Assembly: GCA_052168235.1 (NCBI GenBank)
Contig: JBQLZK010000019.1
Span: 1-64,000, forward strand
Direction: 5' to 3'
DNA length: 64,000 nucleotides
DNA from: Thainema sp.
Lineage (GTDB): Bacteria > Cyanobacteriota > Cyanobacteriia > Phormidesmidales > Phormidesmidaceae
Part shown: piece after piece, positions 30,382 to 39,073 of the stretch
Layout of the letters: every line of letters begins with the position of its first letter
Numbering within the stretch: position 1 is the first letter of the stretch
Notes under the pieces: model-generated
What the model saw: the letters and a program-made list of their open reading frames with translations, nothing else
Databases searched by the model: none
What the model was told of the DNA's origin: nothing
Made by a program: the position numbers and the translations under genes

Positions 30382-31002
30382 ATGCTAAAACTCATCTATC
30401 GGCTCGTTTTTACTATCGGATGTGCGATCGCACTTGTGGTTTGGCATCCGACTTCGGCCTGGGCACAGACCAACCCCGCAGAACTGGCTAAAGCCGTGCA
30501 AGAAATTGAACACCTCGATAGTTTGCGTTCCGGCTTGGCTTCCACACTAGAGGGGCAGACTGAAGAACCAACCCTCCAAACCATGCAAGAAGTCTGCAAG
30601 CCGGTCGGCATGAAAGCAATGCAGCTGGGGCAGGAAAACGGTTGGCAGGTAAAGCAAATCGCCAACAAGTATCGCAATCCCGCCCATGCACCTGACAATC
30701 CCAATGCCGAAGCAGCGCTAGCGCAATTTGAGCAGCATCCAGACCTAGTTGGCTTCTGGGAACGAGAAACGATCAATGGGCAAGCAGGAACCCGCTACTT
30801 CCGCCGCATCAACGTCGAAGCCAGCTGTCTAGCCTGCCACGGCAGCGAAAACAGCCGTCCCCAATTCGTCAAAGACAACTACCCACAAGACTTAGCCTAC
30901 GACTTCCAAGTTGGCGACCTGCGCGGCATGTATTCCGTCTTCATGCCAGACGTGCAAGCCAGCGTACAGCAAGCATTACGAGTTGCACTTGACCCTTCTT
31001 AG
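30382..31002 (+). CDS. Tll0287-like (DUF3365) c-type haem protein
   Basis: Signal peptide, EVCKPVG Cys ligand, KYRNP, SCLACHG CxxCH, GDLRGMYSV. Confidence 0.88.
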   Translation: MLKLIYRLVFTIGCAIALVVWHPTSAWAQTNPAELAKAVQEIEHLDSLRSGLASTLEGQTEEPTLQTMQEVCKPVGMKAMQLGQENGWQVKQIANKYRNPAHAPDNPNAEAALAQFEQHPDLVGFWERETINGQAGTRYFRRINVEASCLACHGSENSRPQFVKDNYPQDLAYDFQVGDLRGMYSVFMPDVQASVQQALRVALDPS

Positions 31003-31051
31003 TAGCTCCTCACTCCTCACTCCTCACTCAATTCCCCATAAGGCAACTTCC

Positions 31052-31582
31052 ATGTGGCATCAGCTCCAGCGCACAGTTTCGTTATTGGTAGTTACGGCGT
31101 TAGTCGGTTTAACTCTGCTGTGCTGCATCTTCTCAACACCGCCAGCCTTGGCTGCCATTCGTCAGCTAGAAGAAGCACCCGGACAGGTTGTCTACCAGTC
31201 GCGGCAAACGCTCAAGGATCAACACAACAATAGTTGGCAAGCGATCGCATTTAAGCGTATCCAGCCCGATGCCAATCCCCAGGTTTATCTGCGACTGGTT
31301 GGCTTCCCTGGCACAGCCGACATTGACCGCTCTCAGCCCCTGGTTTTAACCAGCTCAATGGGACAAACGTTGGAAGCCGCCGATGCCTCCAGCCGAATTT
31401 TTACTGATGCAAGTGCGCCGGAGCCAAACGTCGGTCAGTACAACTTACAGCCAATTCTGGCGGAGCTGCGGGCCGAACTGCCCTGGCGCTTACAGATTCC
31501 AGCGGCTGAAGGAGTCAAGGTGACGCTACCTGTTCCATCAAGCATTATTCAAGAATGGCAGACCGTTGCTCAATATGATTAG
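31052..31582 (+). CDS. DUF3122 family exported protein
   Basis: Signal peptide; QSRQTLKD, SWQAIAFKR, LRLVGFPG, NVGQY. Confidence 0.75.
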   Translation: MWHQLQRTVSLLVVTALVGLTLLCCIFSTPPALAAIRQLEEAPGQVVYQSRQTLKDQHNNSWQAIAFKRIQPDANPQVYLRLVGFPGTADIDRSQPLVLTSSMGQTLEAADASSRIFTDASAPEPNVGQYNLQPILAELRAELPWRLQIPAAEGVKVTLPVPSSIIQEWQTVAQYD

Positions 31583-31655
31583 AAGTCTGGGATTAAAGGT
31601 CTGCAATTAGAAGTCTGGGGCATGTAATCGTCGCACGGTGATGTATTATCGAAAA

Positions 31656-31671
31656 ATTGCTATTTAGTTAT
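31656..31671. promoter_or_regulatory. Island operator upstream of NMO paralog 2
   Basis: ATTGCTATTTAGTTAT, ending 14 nt before the ATG. Confidence 0.6.
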
Positions 31672-31685
31672 CAATCGAACAGATC

Positions 31686-32762
31686 ATGTTGCGATCGCAC
31701 TCTCCTCTCAAAATTGGTCAGCACGTTGCTCGCTATCCCATTGTGCAGGGTGCAATGGCGGTGCGGGTTTCTGGTGCTAATTTGGCAGGAGCCGTTGCCA
31801 ATGCCGGAGGCGTTGGGGTTATCTCAACGCTGGGTTTAGGGCTAACTTCGCCCCACTTTAATCAGTCCCGCCGGGGCAACTTTTTCGAGGCTAATCAGCT
31901 CGCGCTAATCGACGAACTGCAAAAAGCGCGCACCATTAGTCCCGACGGCATCATTGGAGTTAACATCCTAGTTGCAACCCGCAACTACGCCACCCTAGCG
32001 GAAACTGCCGCTGCCAACGGAGCCAATCTGATCATCACCGCCGCAGGTCTGCCGCTCCAGTTACCTGCTTATACTGCCAACTACCCAGAGGTAGCGCTGA
32101 TGCCAATGGTCTGCGGTCTGCCTGCTGTGCAAACCCTTTGCCAAACCTGGCAGCAGCAGTATGGTCGGTTGCCCGATGCGTTTATTGTCGAAAACTCCAA
32201 AGCAGTCGGTGGCCATGTAGGCAGCACCTGCGACAATTACAGCAGCCAAATTGAAACGCTGCTGCCCAGCATTCAGCATTATCTCCACCATCACCTGCGC
32301 GTCGATATTCCGCTGATTGCTACAGGCGGCATCTGGAATCAAGCCGATGTGGAGCGGATGCTAGCGCTCGGAGCCAGTGGCGTACAGGTGGGTACTCGTT
32401 TCATTACCACTGAAGAGTGCGATGCGGATGATCGCTACAAAGAATTTCATCTCCAATCCACTCCGGCGGATGTCGTCATGGTGCCAAGCCCAGTGGGTAA
32501 GCCAGCGCGGGTTCTCCGCAATGCGTTTGCCGAGAAAGCAATGGCGGCATCTGTCGGCATTAAGCGCCGCTGTGTTGCCAACTGTCTCGAAAGCTGTCTC
32601 TGCCGCGATCAGCGCCAAACCTACTGCATGTTACAAGCACTCGCCAATGCCGCCAAGGGCGATATTGAAAATGGACTGCTCTTTTCGGGAGCGAATGTGG
32701 GACGAGCCGAACAAATTGTGCCAGTTGCTGAAGTGATGGCAGATTTAGTTAACGTTAGCTGA
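31686..32762 (+). CDS. Nitronate monooxygenase/FabK-like flavoprotein (FabX/UfaA-like), paralog 2
   Basis: PIVQGAM, VGGHVG, GVQVGTRF, CVANCLESC...YCM; clearly paralogous to 19203-20306. Confidence 0.85.
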   Translation: MLRSHSPLKIGQHVARYPIVQGAMAVRVSGANLAGAVANAGGVGVISTLGLGLTSPHFNQSRRGNFFEANQLALIDELQKARTISPDGIIGVNILVATRNYATLAETAAANGANLIITAAGLPLQLPAYTANYPEVALMPMVCGLPAVQTLCQTWQQQYGRLPDAFIVENSKAVGGHVGSTCDNYSSQIETLLPSIQHYLHHHLRVDIPLIATGGIWNQADVERMLALGASGVQVGTRFITTEECDADDRYKEFHLQSTPADVVMVPSPVGKPARVLRNAFAEKAMAASVGIKRRCVANCLESCLCRDQRQTYCMLQALANAAKGDIENGLLFSGANVGRAEQIVPVAEVMADLVNVS

Positions 32763-32888
32763 TTCAGCACTCGGTTCAAGCTACAGGATATAAGCTAACC
32801 TAGCTTCAGGGGTTTTGCTTTGACCAGCGTGTGAAAGTAGCCATCTCTTCTATAAACCCCACATTTGCAACACTTGAGGGCAGCAGAT

Positions 32889-33602
32889 ATGACAGTTGAA
32901 GAAGTTCTAGATCGGTATGTCGCAGGCGATCGCAGTTTTCAAAAAGCGATTCTGCGCGAGGTGGATTTGCATGATGCCCACATGCATGGTGTGAACTTCA
33001 ATCAGGCCGATCTGCGGCAGTCGCGCTTGGGCAAAACGGATTTTAGCCGAGCCAGCTTTCGAGAGGCAGACCTCAGTGAAGCAATTTTATGGGGTACTAA
33101 CCTGAGCGAGGCCGATTTGTACCGGGCAATTCTGCGGGAAGCCGATCTCAGTGGAGCCCGACTGGATTATGCCGATCTGGGACAGGCAAATTTGAGTAAG
33201 GCAACCCTGGGCGGTGCCAACCTGGAGCGATCGCGACTGGTGCGGGCCAATTTGTTTGAAGCCGACCTGCGCCCCACCTCGGATCAGGTAACTAATCTAA
33301 GCTGGGCGCTTCTGAGCGATGCGGACATGTGCTACGCCAAATTCAGCGGGGCCACACTGTATCGCACCCGCATGGACGGAGCTAAACTGTGCCGCGCCCA
33401 GCTCAACCGCAATCACCACCACGATATGCAGCCTACCGATTTGAGCGAAGCCGATCTGCGTAATGCCGACTTGAGTTACGCCGATCTGACCGGGGCTATT
33501 TTGTGTGGAGCAAACTTAAGGGATGCCGATTTGACCGGAGCCATCTTAACCGATGCGAATTTGGCTGGAGCAATCATGCCCGATGGATCAGTACATGAGT
33601 AG
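32889..33602 (+). CDS. Pentapeptide repeat protein
   Basis: A(D/N)Lxx repeats; ends GAIMPDG. Confidence 0.92.
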   Translation: MTVEEVLDRYVAGDRSFQKAILREVDLHDAHMHGVNFNQADLRQSRLGKTDFSRASFREADLSEAILWGTNLSEADLYRAILREADLSGARLDYADLGQANLSKATLGGANLERSRLVRANLFEADLRPTSDQVTNLSWALLSDADMCYAKFSGATLYRTRMDGAKLCRAQLNRNHHHDMQPTDLSEADLRNADLSYADLTGAILCGANLRDADLTGAILTDANLAGAIMPDGSVHE

Positions 33603-33683
33603 TCTGGGCTGTCAAAGCTTTTGCTTGGCAGAAACGCCCCTACAAGATCTGCGATCGCACTGAAGACAATTTAGTAGTTTTCA

Positions 33684-34292
33684 ATGATGGCTAAGAAGAG
33701 ATCTATGCCAATGAGCTTGGCTATGGAACTGGCTGTAGCTTCACCACCTGCAAAAAAGACGATTTGCCGCCTAATAGAACAAGGTGAAAACACAAATGGA
33801 CGTCAACGGAACACAGGAGCAAGTTTGCTAATGTGCGTAGTCCGAGCAGGATTTACAGATTTAGTTCGCCTGCTCATTGACAAAGGAGTAGATATTGAGG
33901 CTAAAAGCTCAGAGGGCGAAACTGCTTTGATGGATGCTGCCTATGAGGGGAATATTGAAGTTGTACAGATGCTCTTGGAAGCCGGAGCCGATCCAAATCG
34001 GCGCAGCCGTAGTGGCTGGACAGCAATGGACTGGGCTGCTTCTCGGGGACATGAACATATCTTGAGAACGCTAATGGAAGCAGGTGGACGCTATGAAGGA
34101 TTACTGCCTCTGGAAGATGCATCTCCAAGTTGCTCCCCATTTAATCCAATTGAGGTTGAAACAGTTAATGAACCTCCTGAGTATTCTCCATTCAGTCCAG
34201 TTGATGAAGCTGAAATAGATGAGGAAGCTCAGAACAGTGAATATTCGCCTTTTATATCCACCGACGATGCTGCTAATCCGGATATCGATTAG
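33684..34292 (+). CDS. Ankyrin repeat protein with acidic tail
   Basis: GETALMDAA, GWTAMDWAA, LLEAGADPN. Confidence 0.85.
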   Translation: MMAKKRSMPMSLAMELAVASPPAKKTICRLIEQGENTNGRQRNTGASLLMCVVRAGFTDLVRLLIDKGVDIEAKSSEGETALMDAAYEGNIEVVQMLLEAGADPNRRSRSGWTAMDWAASRGHEHILRTLMEAGGRYEGLLPLEDASPSCSPFNPIEVETVNEPPEYSPFSPVDEAEIDEEAQNSEYSPFISTDDAANPDID

Positions 34293-34293
34293 C

Positions 34294-34422
34294 GCGATCG
34301 CACCTCTTGCGTAGGGTGCGTTGCTGTTAAGCAAACGCACCATCAACCATCATTGTTAAGAGTTATCAAAAATCGGTGCGTTACGGCTAATGCCTAACGC
34401 ACCCTACAAGATCTGCGATCGC
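34294..34422. repeat. GTAG-type REP pair bounded by HIP1 sites
   Basis: GCGATCGC..GTAGGGTGCG...CGCACCCTACAAGATCTGCGATCGC; right end repeated at 33638-33658. Confidence 0.75.
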
Positions 34423-34477
34423 GCTGTGGATTTAATATAAATTCCTTATAGCAAAACAAGTAACGGGTGCAGTTGCT

Positions 34478-35125
34478 ATGGACATATCGCAGTGGAAATC
34501 TTTTTTAAAGCAAGAGAGTCGTAGAGTTATCAATGTTTATAATCAGAGAGATAAATTCAGGAAAAAATCTGTATGGGAATATAATGAAATTCCATTAAAT
34601 GCTGTTGAACTTCAATGGTTGGGTAACCCTGGAGCTTCTGAGGAACAAATTCGAGTTGCTGAACAGCGCTTGAAGACCAATTTGCCACCTTCTTATCGAG
34701 ATTTTCTAAGAGTAACAAATGGATGGGAAGGATGGAATTTTTGTGAGGGTGGAAGCTTTTATTCTTCAGATGAAATAGTTTGGTTCTATCAGGATTATCA
34801 GGACGTTATTGACTTAAACATCAGATTTGAAGAAAGGTTTCCCGATGCTGTTGAGTCGGATGACAGGAAATATTTTTCCTACGGTTCAGATCAATTTGCA
34901 TACCGTGCTCGACATCTTCAACAATGCTTATTGATTAATGACCATAATAAAGTCGATAATGCACATATCTTACTAAATCCAAACGTTATTCATGATGATG
35001 AATGGGAGGCATGGGCTATGTTTGAAGGTGAAGTGAGAAGGTGGATATCTTTTGAAGTAATGTTTAAGGAGATCGGGGTTGCAGGAGAATGGCTTGAAGC
35101 TCTTCTTCAAGCTTCCCAATGTTAA
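34478..35125 (+). CDS. SMI1/KNR4 (SUKH) family protein
   Basis: PGASEEQIRVAEQRL...LPPSYRDFL...NGW; AT-rich. Confidence 0.82.
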   Translation: MDISQWKSFLKQESRRVINVYNQRDKFRKKSVWEYNEIPLNAVELQWLGNPGASEEQIRVAEQRLKTNLPPSYRDFLRVTNGWEGWNFCEGGSFYSSDEIVWFYQDYQDVIDLNIRFEERFPDAVESDDRKYFSYGSDQFAYRARHLQQCLLINDHNKVDNAHILLNPNVIHDDEWEAWAMFEGEVRRWISFEVMFKEIGVAGEWLEALLQASQC

Positions 35126-35307
35126 GACACTGTTCCATGAGCAAGTGCGCTCAGGGGCCAATGACAAACTGGGTCGTCGCACCCGTAGGATCAATCCAGA
35201 AGGTTATACCATCACTGCAAGCATACTAAAAATCATTGCCTTTTGAGGAGTCATCCAGGAATACAGTAATATCGAGATCTATATGATCGCTAGATTCATC
35301 AAGCACT

Positions 35308-35874
35308 ATGGCATATCTCTGGTTTAAGTCATTTCACATTTTGGGCTTTGTGGCCTGGTTTGCGGGTTTGTTCTATCTACCTCGCTTGTTTGTCTATCAC
35401 ATTGAAGCAGAAGAACGGCCCGAACCGATCAAATCGGCTATCAAAGAAGAATATACCCGCATGGAAAGGCGGCTCTACAAGCTGATCATGACGCCAGCAA
35501 TGATTTTCACCATCGTCATGGCCATCGGCATTATTTCCACTGAGCCTGCTGTCATGAAAGAAACCTGGCTACACGCTAAGATATTTTTCGTTCTGCTCCT
35601 AATTGGATTTCACCACTACTGCGGTCGCCTGATTCGCAAACTAGAAGAGGGAACCTGCTCTCTTAGCAGCCTGAGAATGCGGCAAATTAATGAAGTGCCA
35701 ACGATTCTACTGTTCTTGGTGGTTCTGCTGGCGATCTTCAAAAATAGCTTGCCAACTGACCTGGCAGCGTTGGGCACTGGGCTAGCCGTAATCGCGTTTG
35801 CCGTGATCATTCAACTTTACGCCCGCAAGCGCCGTTTGCAGAAGCAGCAGGAAGAATTAAGCGCTTCAAGCTAA
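35308..35874 (+). CDS. hemJ: Protoporphyrinogen oxidase HemJ
   Basis: WFKSFHI, WFAGLFYLPRLFVYH, MERRL, WLHAK, NEVPT. Confidence 0.95.
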   Translation: MAYLWFKSFHILGFVAWFAGLFYLPRLFVYHIEAEERPEPIKSAIKEEYTRMERRLYKLIMTPAMIFTIVMAIGIISTEPAVMKETWLHAKIFFVLLLIGFHHYCGRLIRKLEEGTCSLSSLRMRQINEVPTILLFLVVLLAIFKNSLPTDLAALGTGLAVIAFAVIIQLYARKRRLQKQQEELSASS

Positions 35875-35981
35875 CCTCATCCATTCCTTACCTAAAGCCC
35901 AAGGAGCTTTCACTGTTGCGCTGCAACAAGATGCTGCTTGGGCTTTAGTGTTTTATCCTGATGAAAAAAGTAGGATGAGTA

Positions 35982-37097
35982 GTGTCAGATTCTAAGCACG
36001 AGCCAATGGCGGAAACGCCAGATCCCCTAAACGAGCCAAATTCAGCCAGCTTGCAGAATGAGTATGGCCAAGTTCTAACTGCGGTGGTTGAGCTGCTCGA
36101 AGTTGCTCGGCGCACAGCCGCACGAACCGTCAACTCAATCATGACGGCTACATACTGGGAAATTGGTCGTCGAATTGTTGAACTGGAGCAGGGTGGAGCT
36201 GAACGGGCAGAATATGGCGCGGCTCTGGTTGAGCAGCTGGCGGAAGACCTAACTGCCCGATTTGGTCGGGGGTTTCGTCGCAGCAATCTGTTCCAGATGC
36301 GAGCGTTTTATCAGGCTTATCCTCACGCAGTTGAGCGAACAGCCGCTGCGCCAAATGAGATTATCCAGACGGTGTCTGGACAATTTCCCCTTACTTGGTC
36401 ACACTATGTCAAGCTGCTATCAGTTAAGTCTAGCGAGGCCCGAGCGTTTTATGAAGCGGAGGCTCTGCGGCATGGTTGGTCGGTGCGCCAACTGGGACGG
36501 CAAATTTCAACCCAGTTCTATGAACGGACGCTGCTGTCGCGTAATAAAGCGGCGATGTTATCCAAGACAGTGGCTGCGGTAGAAACGGATCTCACTCGCC
36601 CCGAAGACGAAATCCGTGACCCGTTTGTCTTGGAGTTTCTAGATCTGAAGGATGAATACTCCGAGAGTGATTTGGAAGATGCATTAATTACCCATATCGA
36701 ACAGTTCCTGCTAGAACTGGGTAGCGATTTTGCGTTTCTGGGACGCCAGCGCCGCCTCCGAATTGGCGATCAGTGGTTTCGGATTGACCTGCTATTTTTC
36801 CATCGCCGCCTGCGCTGCTTGGTTGTGGTGGATCTGAAGCTGGGAGAGTTTAGCCATGCGGATGCAGGCCAAATGCATCTGTATCTCAACTATGCTCGCG
36901 AACACTGGATGTACCCGGAAGAGAACCCACCTGTTGGCCTGATCTTGTGCAACAAAAAGGATGAGGCCGTGGCGCACTATGCTCTGGAAGGATTAGCGAA
37001 TAAAGTGATGGCAGCGGAGTATCAGATGATGCTGCCGGATGCTGATTTGCTGGCAGCGGAACTAGAGCGAACCCGTAAACGCTTGGAAGCTGGATAA
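35982..37097 (+). CDS. YhcG/DUF1016 PD-(D/E)XK nuclease domain protein
   Basis: YWEIGRRIVE, LTWSHY, RDPFVLEFL, FLLELG, GQMHLYLNY, ENPPVGLILC. Confidence 0.9.
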   Translation: MSDSKHEPMAETPDPLNEPNSASLQNEYGQVLTAVVELLEVARRTAARTVNSIMTATYWEIGRRIVELEQGGAERAEYGAALVEQLAEDLTARFGRGFRRSNLFQMRAFYQAYPHAVERTAAAPNEIIQTVSGQFPLTWSHYVKLLSVKSSEARAFYEAEALRHGWSVRQLGRQISTQFYERTLLSRNKAAMLSKTVAAVETDLTRPEDEIRDPFVLEFLDLKDEYSESDLEDALITHIEQFLLELGSDFAFLGRQRRLRIGDQWFRIDLLFFHRRLRCLVVVDLKLGEFSHADAGQMHLYLNYAREHWMYPEENPPVGLILCNKKDEAVAHYALEGLANKVMAAEYQMMLPDADLLAAELERTRKRLEAG

Positions 37098-37183
37098 TCT
37101 GCCCTCAGGCACGGGCCGAGCCAAAGGCGCTAACGCTATAACGGTCAAGTATAAAGGCAAGGTAGGGGGTTGCTGAGGATTCT

Positions 37184-37918
37184 GTGGCGAACGTTTCGAT
37201 CATTATTCCTGTTCTGAATGAGGCAAATTGTTTAGAGCGTACCCTGCGCCATGTGCAGATTCTGGCCCCGCCTGCGGCTGAAGTGATTGTCGTGGATGGC
37301 GGCAGTACAGATGCAACCGTGGCTATTGCAACCCAGCGTGGAGCGCAAGTTGCGATCGCACCTCAAAAAGGTCGTGCTGCGCAGATGAATCTCGGAGCAG
37401 AGCTGGCGACTGGCGATATTCTCTGTTTTCTGCACGGGGATACGCTGGTTCCTGACGACTTGGTACAGCTAGTAGACACCACCCTAGCTGATTCGGAGAT
37501 TGCCTGCGGTGGCTTTATCTCAGTCATGGCTGGGGATCAGACCACACGCTGGGGGATCACGCTGCACAATAGTTTCAAAACCCATTATGCGCCACTGCTA
37601 TTTCGGCCCCATCGCTATTTCCGGGATGGACTCCGACTGCTGTTTGGCGATCAGGTGATGTTTTGCCGACGGGTTGATTTCTGGGCCTGCGGCGGTTTTG
37701 ATCCGGCTCTGCCGATTATGGAAGAAGCGGATTTGTGTTTAAAGTTAGCCCAGCGGGGACGGATCTGTCAGGTAAATCGGCTGGTGCAGTCCTCAGATCG
37801 GCGGGTGGCCCAGTGGGGAGCGATGAAAGCCAATTTGATTTACCTCGCGATTGGCTTTTTGTGGGGCATTGGTGTGCCTGCTGAGCGGTTGAAACAGTTC
37901 TATGAAGATGTGCGCTGA
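37184..37918 (+). CDS. GT2 glycosyltransferase, TIGR04283 type (arsenosugar/rSAM-associated)
   Basis: IIIPVLNE, VDGGSTD, GRAAQMNLGA, FLHGDT, GDQVMF, IMEE, SSDRR. Confidence 0.82.
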   Translation: MANVSIIIPVLNEANCLERTLRHVQILAPPAAEVIVVDGGSTDATVAIATQRGAQVAIAPQKGRAAQMNLGAELATGDILCFLHGDTLVPDDLVQLVDTTLADSEIACGGFISVMAGDQTTRWGITLHNSFKTHYAPLLFRPHRYFRDGLRLLFGDQVMFCRRVDFWACGGFDPALPIMEEADLCLKLAQRGRICQVNRLVQSSDRRVAQWGAMKANLIYLAIGFLWGIGVPAERLKQFYEDVR

Positions 37919-38598
37919 TTGAGGCTCCAACTGTAGGGCAGATAAGCGATTGGAGTTTTGCTGGGTAACTTGCCGCCAGCGTAGTAGCGATTGATGTAGG
38001 TCACGATTGAGCCTGCTGCCGCCAGAAAATCGGGCTGATACCATTTAAAGATTTTGCTACAGCGCAGGGTTTGGCTGGCCGCATCATAGCGTACTTTGTC
38101 TGGATCATTGATGAAGCGCTGGGCATCGTCGTCGAGCTGCTGGATCAGTCTGCCGGGAAAGTAGGCTTCCGCTCTTAGCAGGGGACAGCCGACGGAGGCG
38201 CATACGAGAGCAAAGTGAATCCGCGACTCTTGAAAGCGCGATCGCAGAATATTATGCTCAATCGCGTTAAGGCTAAGCGACTGGCCGTTGAGGGTGTAAA
38301 CCTTTTTGCTGAAGAACCACCAGAAGGCTAGCCAGTTGGGAATGCCGAGGATCGTGGGCCGAATCGAACGAATCGGGTACTGTTGCAGCACCTGCTGAAT
38401 GGTCAGAGCGTTATAGAGATTGAGCAAAAGTGCGATCGCGCTTTCTCGATCGAGAGCTTGTAAATTCGTTTTTTGTACGCTGGCTAGCCACTGGTCAAGT
38501 TTTTGCGCCGATTCTTGTTGCCAACGAGCGTAATCAACCTGGCCTTGGTCGTTAACATATTCCTGTAGCATGTCATTCCAGGGGGTGAAGTCGATCAT
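37900..38598 (-). CDS. DUF547 domain protein
   Basis: G-x-VDY, NLYNALT, SLNAIEH, RIHFALVCASVGCP, SKIFKWY, LPYSWSLN. Confidence 0.88.
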   Translation of the reverse strand: MIDFTPWNDMLQEYVNDQGQVDYARWQQESAQKLDQWLASVQKTNLQALDRESAIALLLNLYNALTIQQVLQQYPIRSIRPTILGIPNWLAFWWFFSKKVYTLNGQSLSLNAIEHNILRSRFQESRIHFALVCASVGCPLLRAEAYFPGRLIQQLDDDAQRFINDPDKVRYDAASQTLRCSKIFKWYQPDFLAAAGSIVTYINRYYAGGKLPSKTPIAYLPYSWSLNQRTSS

Positions 38599-39073
38599 GG
38601 TATTGGTTTCCCAGTTTTTCATCCTAAAACCATTTCGCGCTATAGCCTGGAGCTTCGTCAAGGGCATGGTGCAACGCCAGTTTCCTCAGGTGCAGAGCAT
38701 TTCTACGACCAAGTTGGCCAACTGGCGGCTGGACGAACTGCCGCCGCCCGTATTAATTGATGTGCGCCAGGAGGAAGAATATGCCGTCAGTCACCTGCCC
38801 GGTGCTTCCCATTTACCGACTGTTGAGGCAATCCAGCAGGCGGACATTCCTACCGATGCAACTCTGGTTTTGTACTGTTCTGTAGGCTACCGTTCAGCTC
38901 GACTGGCGGAAAAGCTGCAAGCAATGGGCTACAAGAATGTGATGAATCTAGAGGGCTCGATTTTTGAATGGTACAACCAGGGTCATCCGGTGGTGGCAGA
39001 CGGTAGCACCCCTGTGCAGCGAGTTCATCACTACAATCGCATCTGGGGACTGCTGCTAGATGCGCCAGAGTAG
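38597..39073 (+). CDS. Rhodanese-like domain protein
   Basis: LIDVRQEEEYAVSHLPGA, YCSVGYRS, NLEGSIFEW; start uncertain. Confidence 0.85.
   Translation: MVLVSQFFILKPFRAIAWSFVKGMVQRQFPQVQSISTTKLANWRLDELPPPVLIDVRQEEEYAVSHLPGASHLPTVEAIQQADIPTDATLVLYCSVGYRSARLAEKLQAMGYKNVMNLEGSIFEWYNQGHPVVADGSTPVQRVHHYNRIWGLLLDAPE

Noticed and set aside
15616..31620. Short tandem duplications (AAACGCTGTAAA x2 at the padR stop; ATTAGAAGTCTGGG near 31578)
   Set aside because: Most likely replication slippage, with no evidence of function
35982..37097. YhcG as marker of an integrated element or defence island
   Set aside because: No integrase, RM genes or att repeats adjacent
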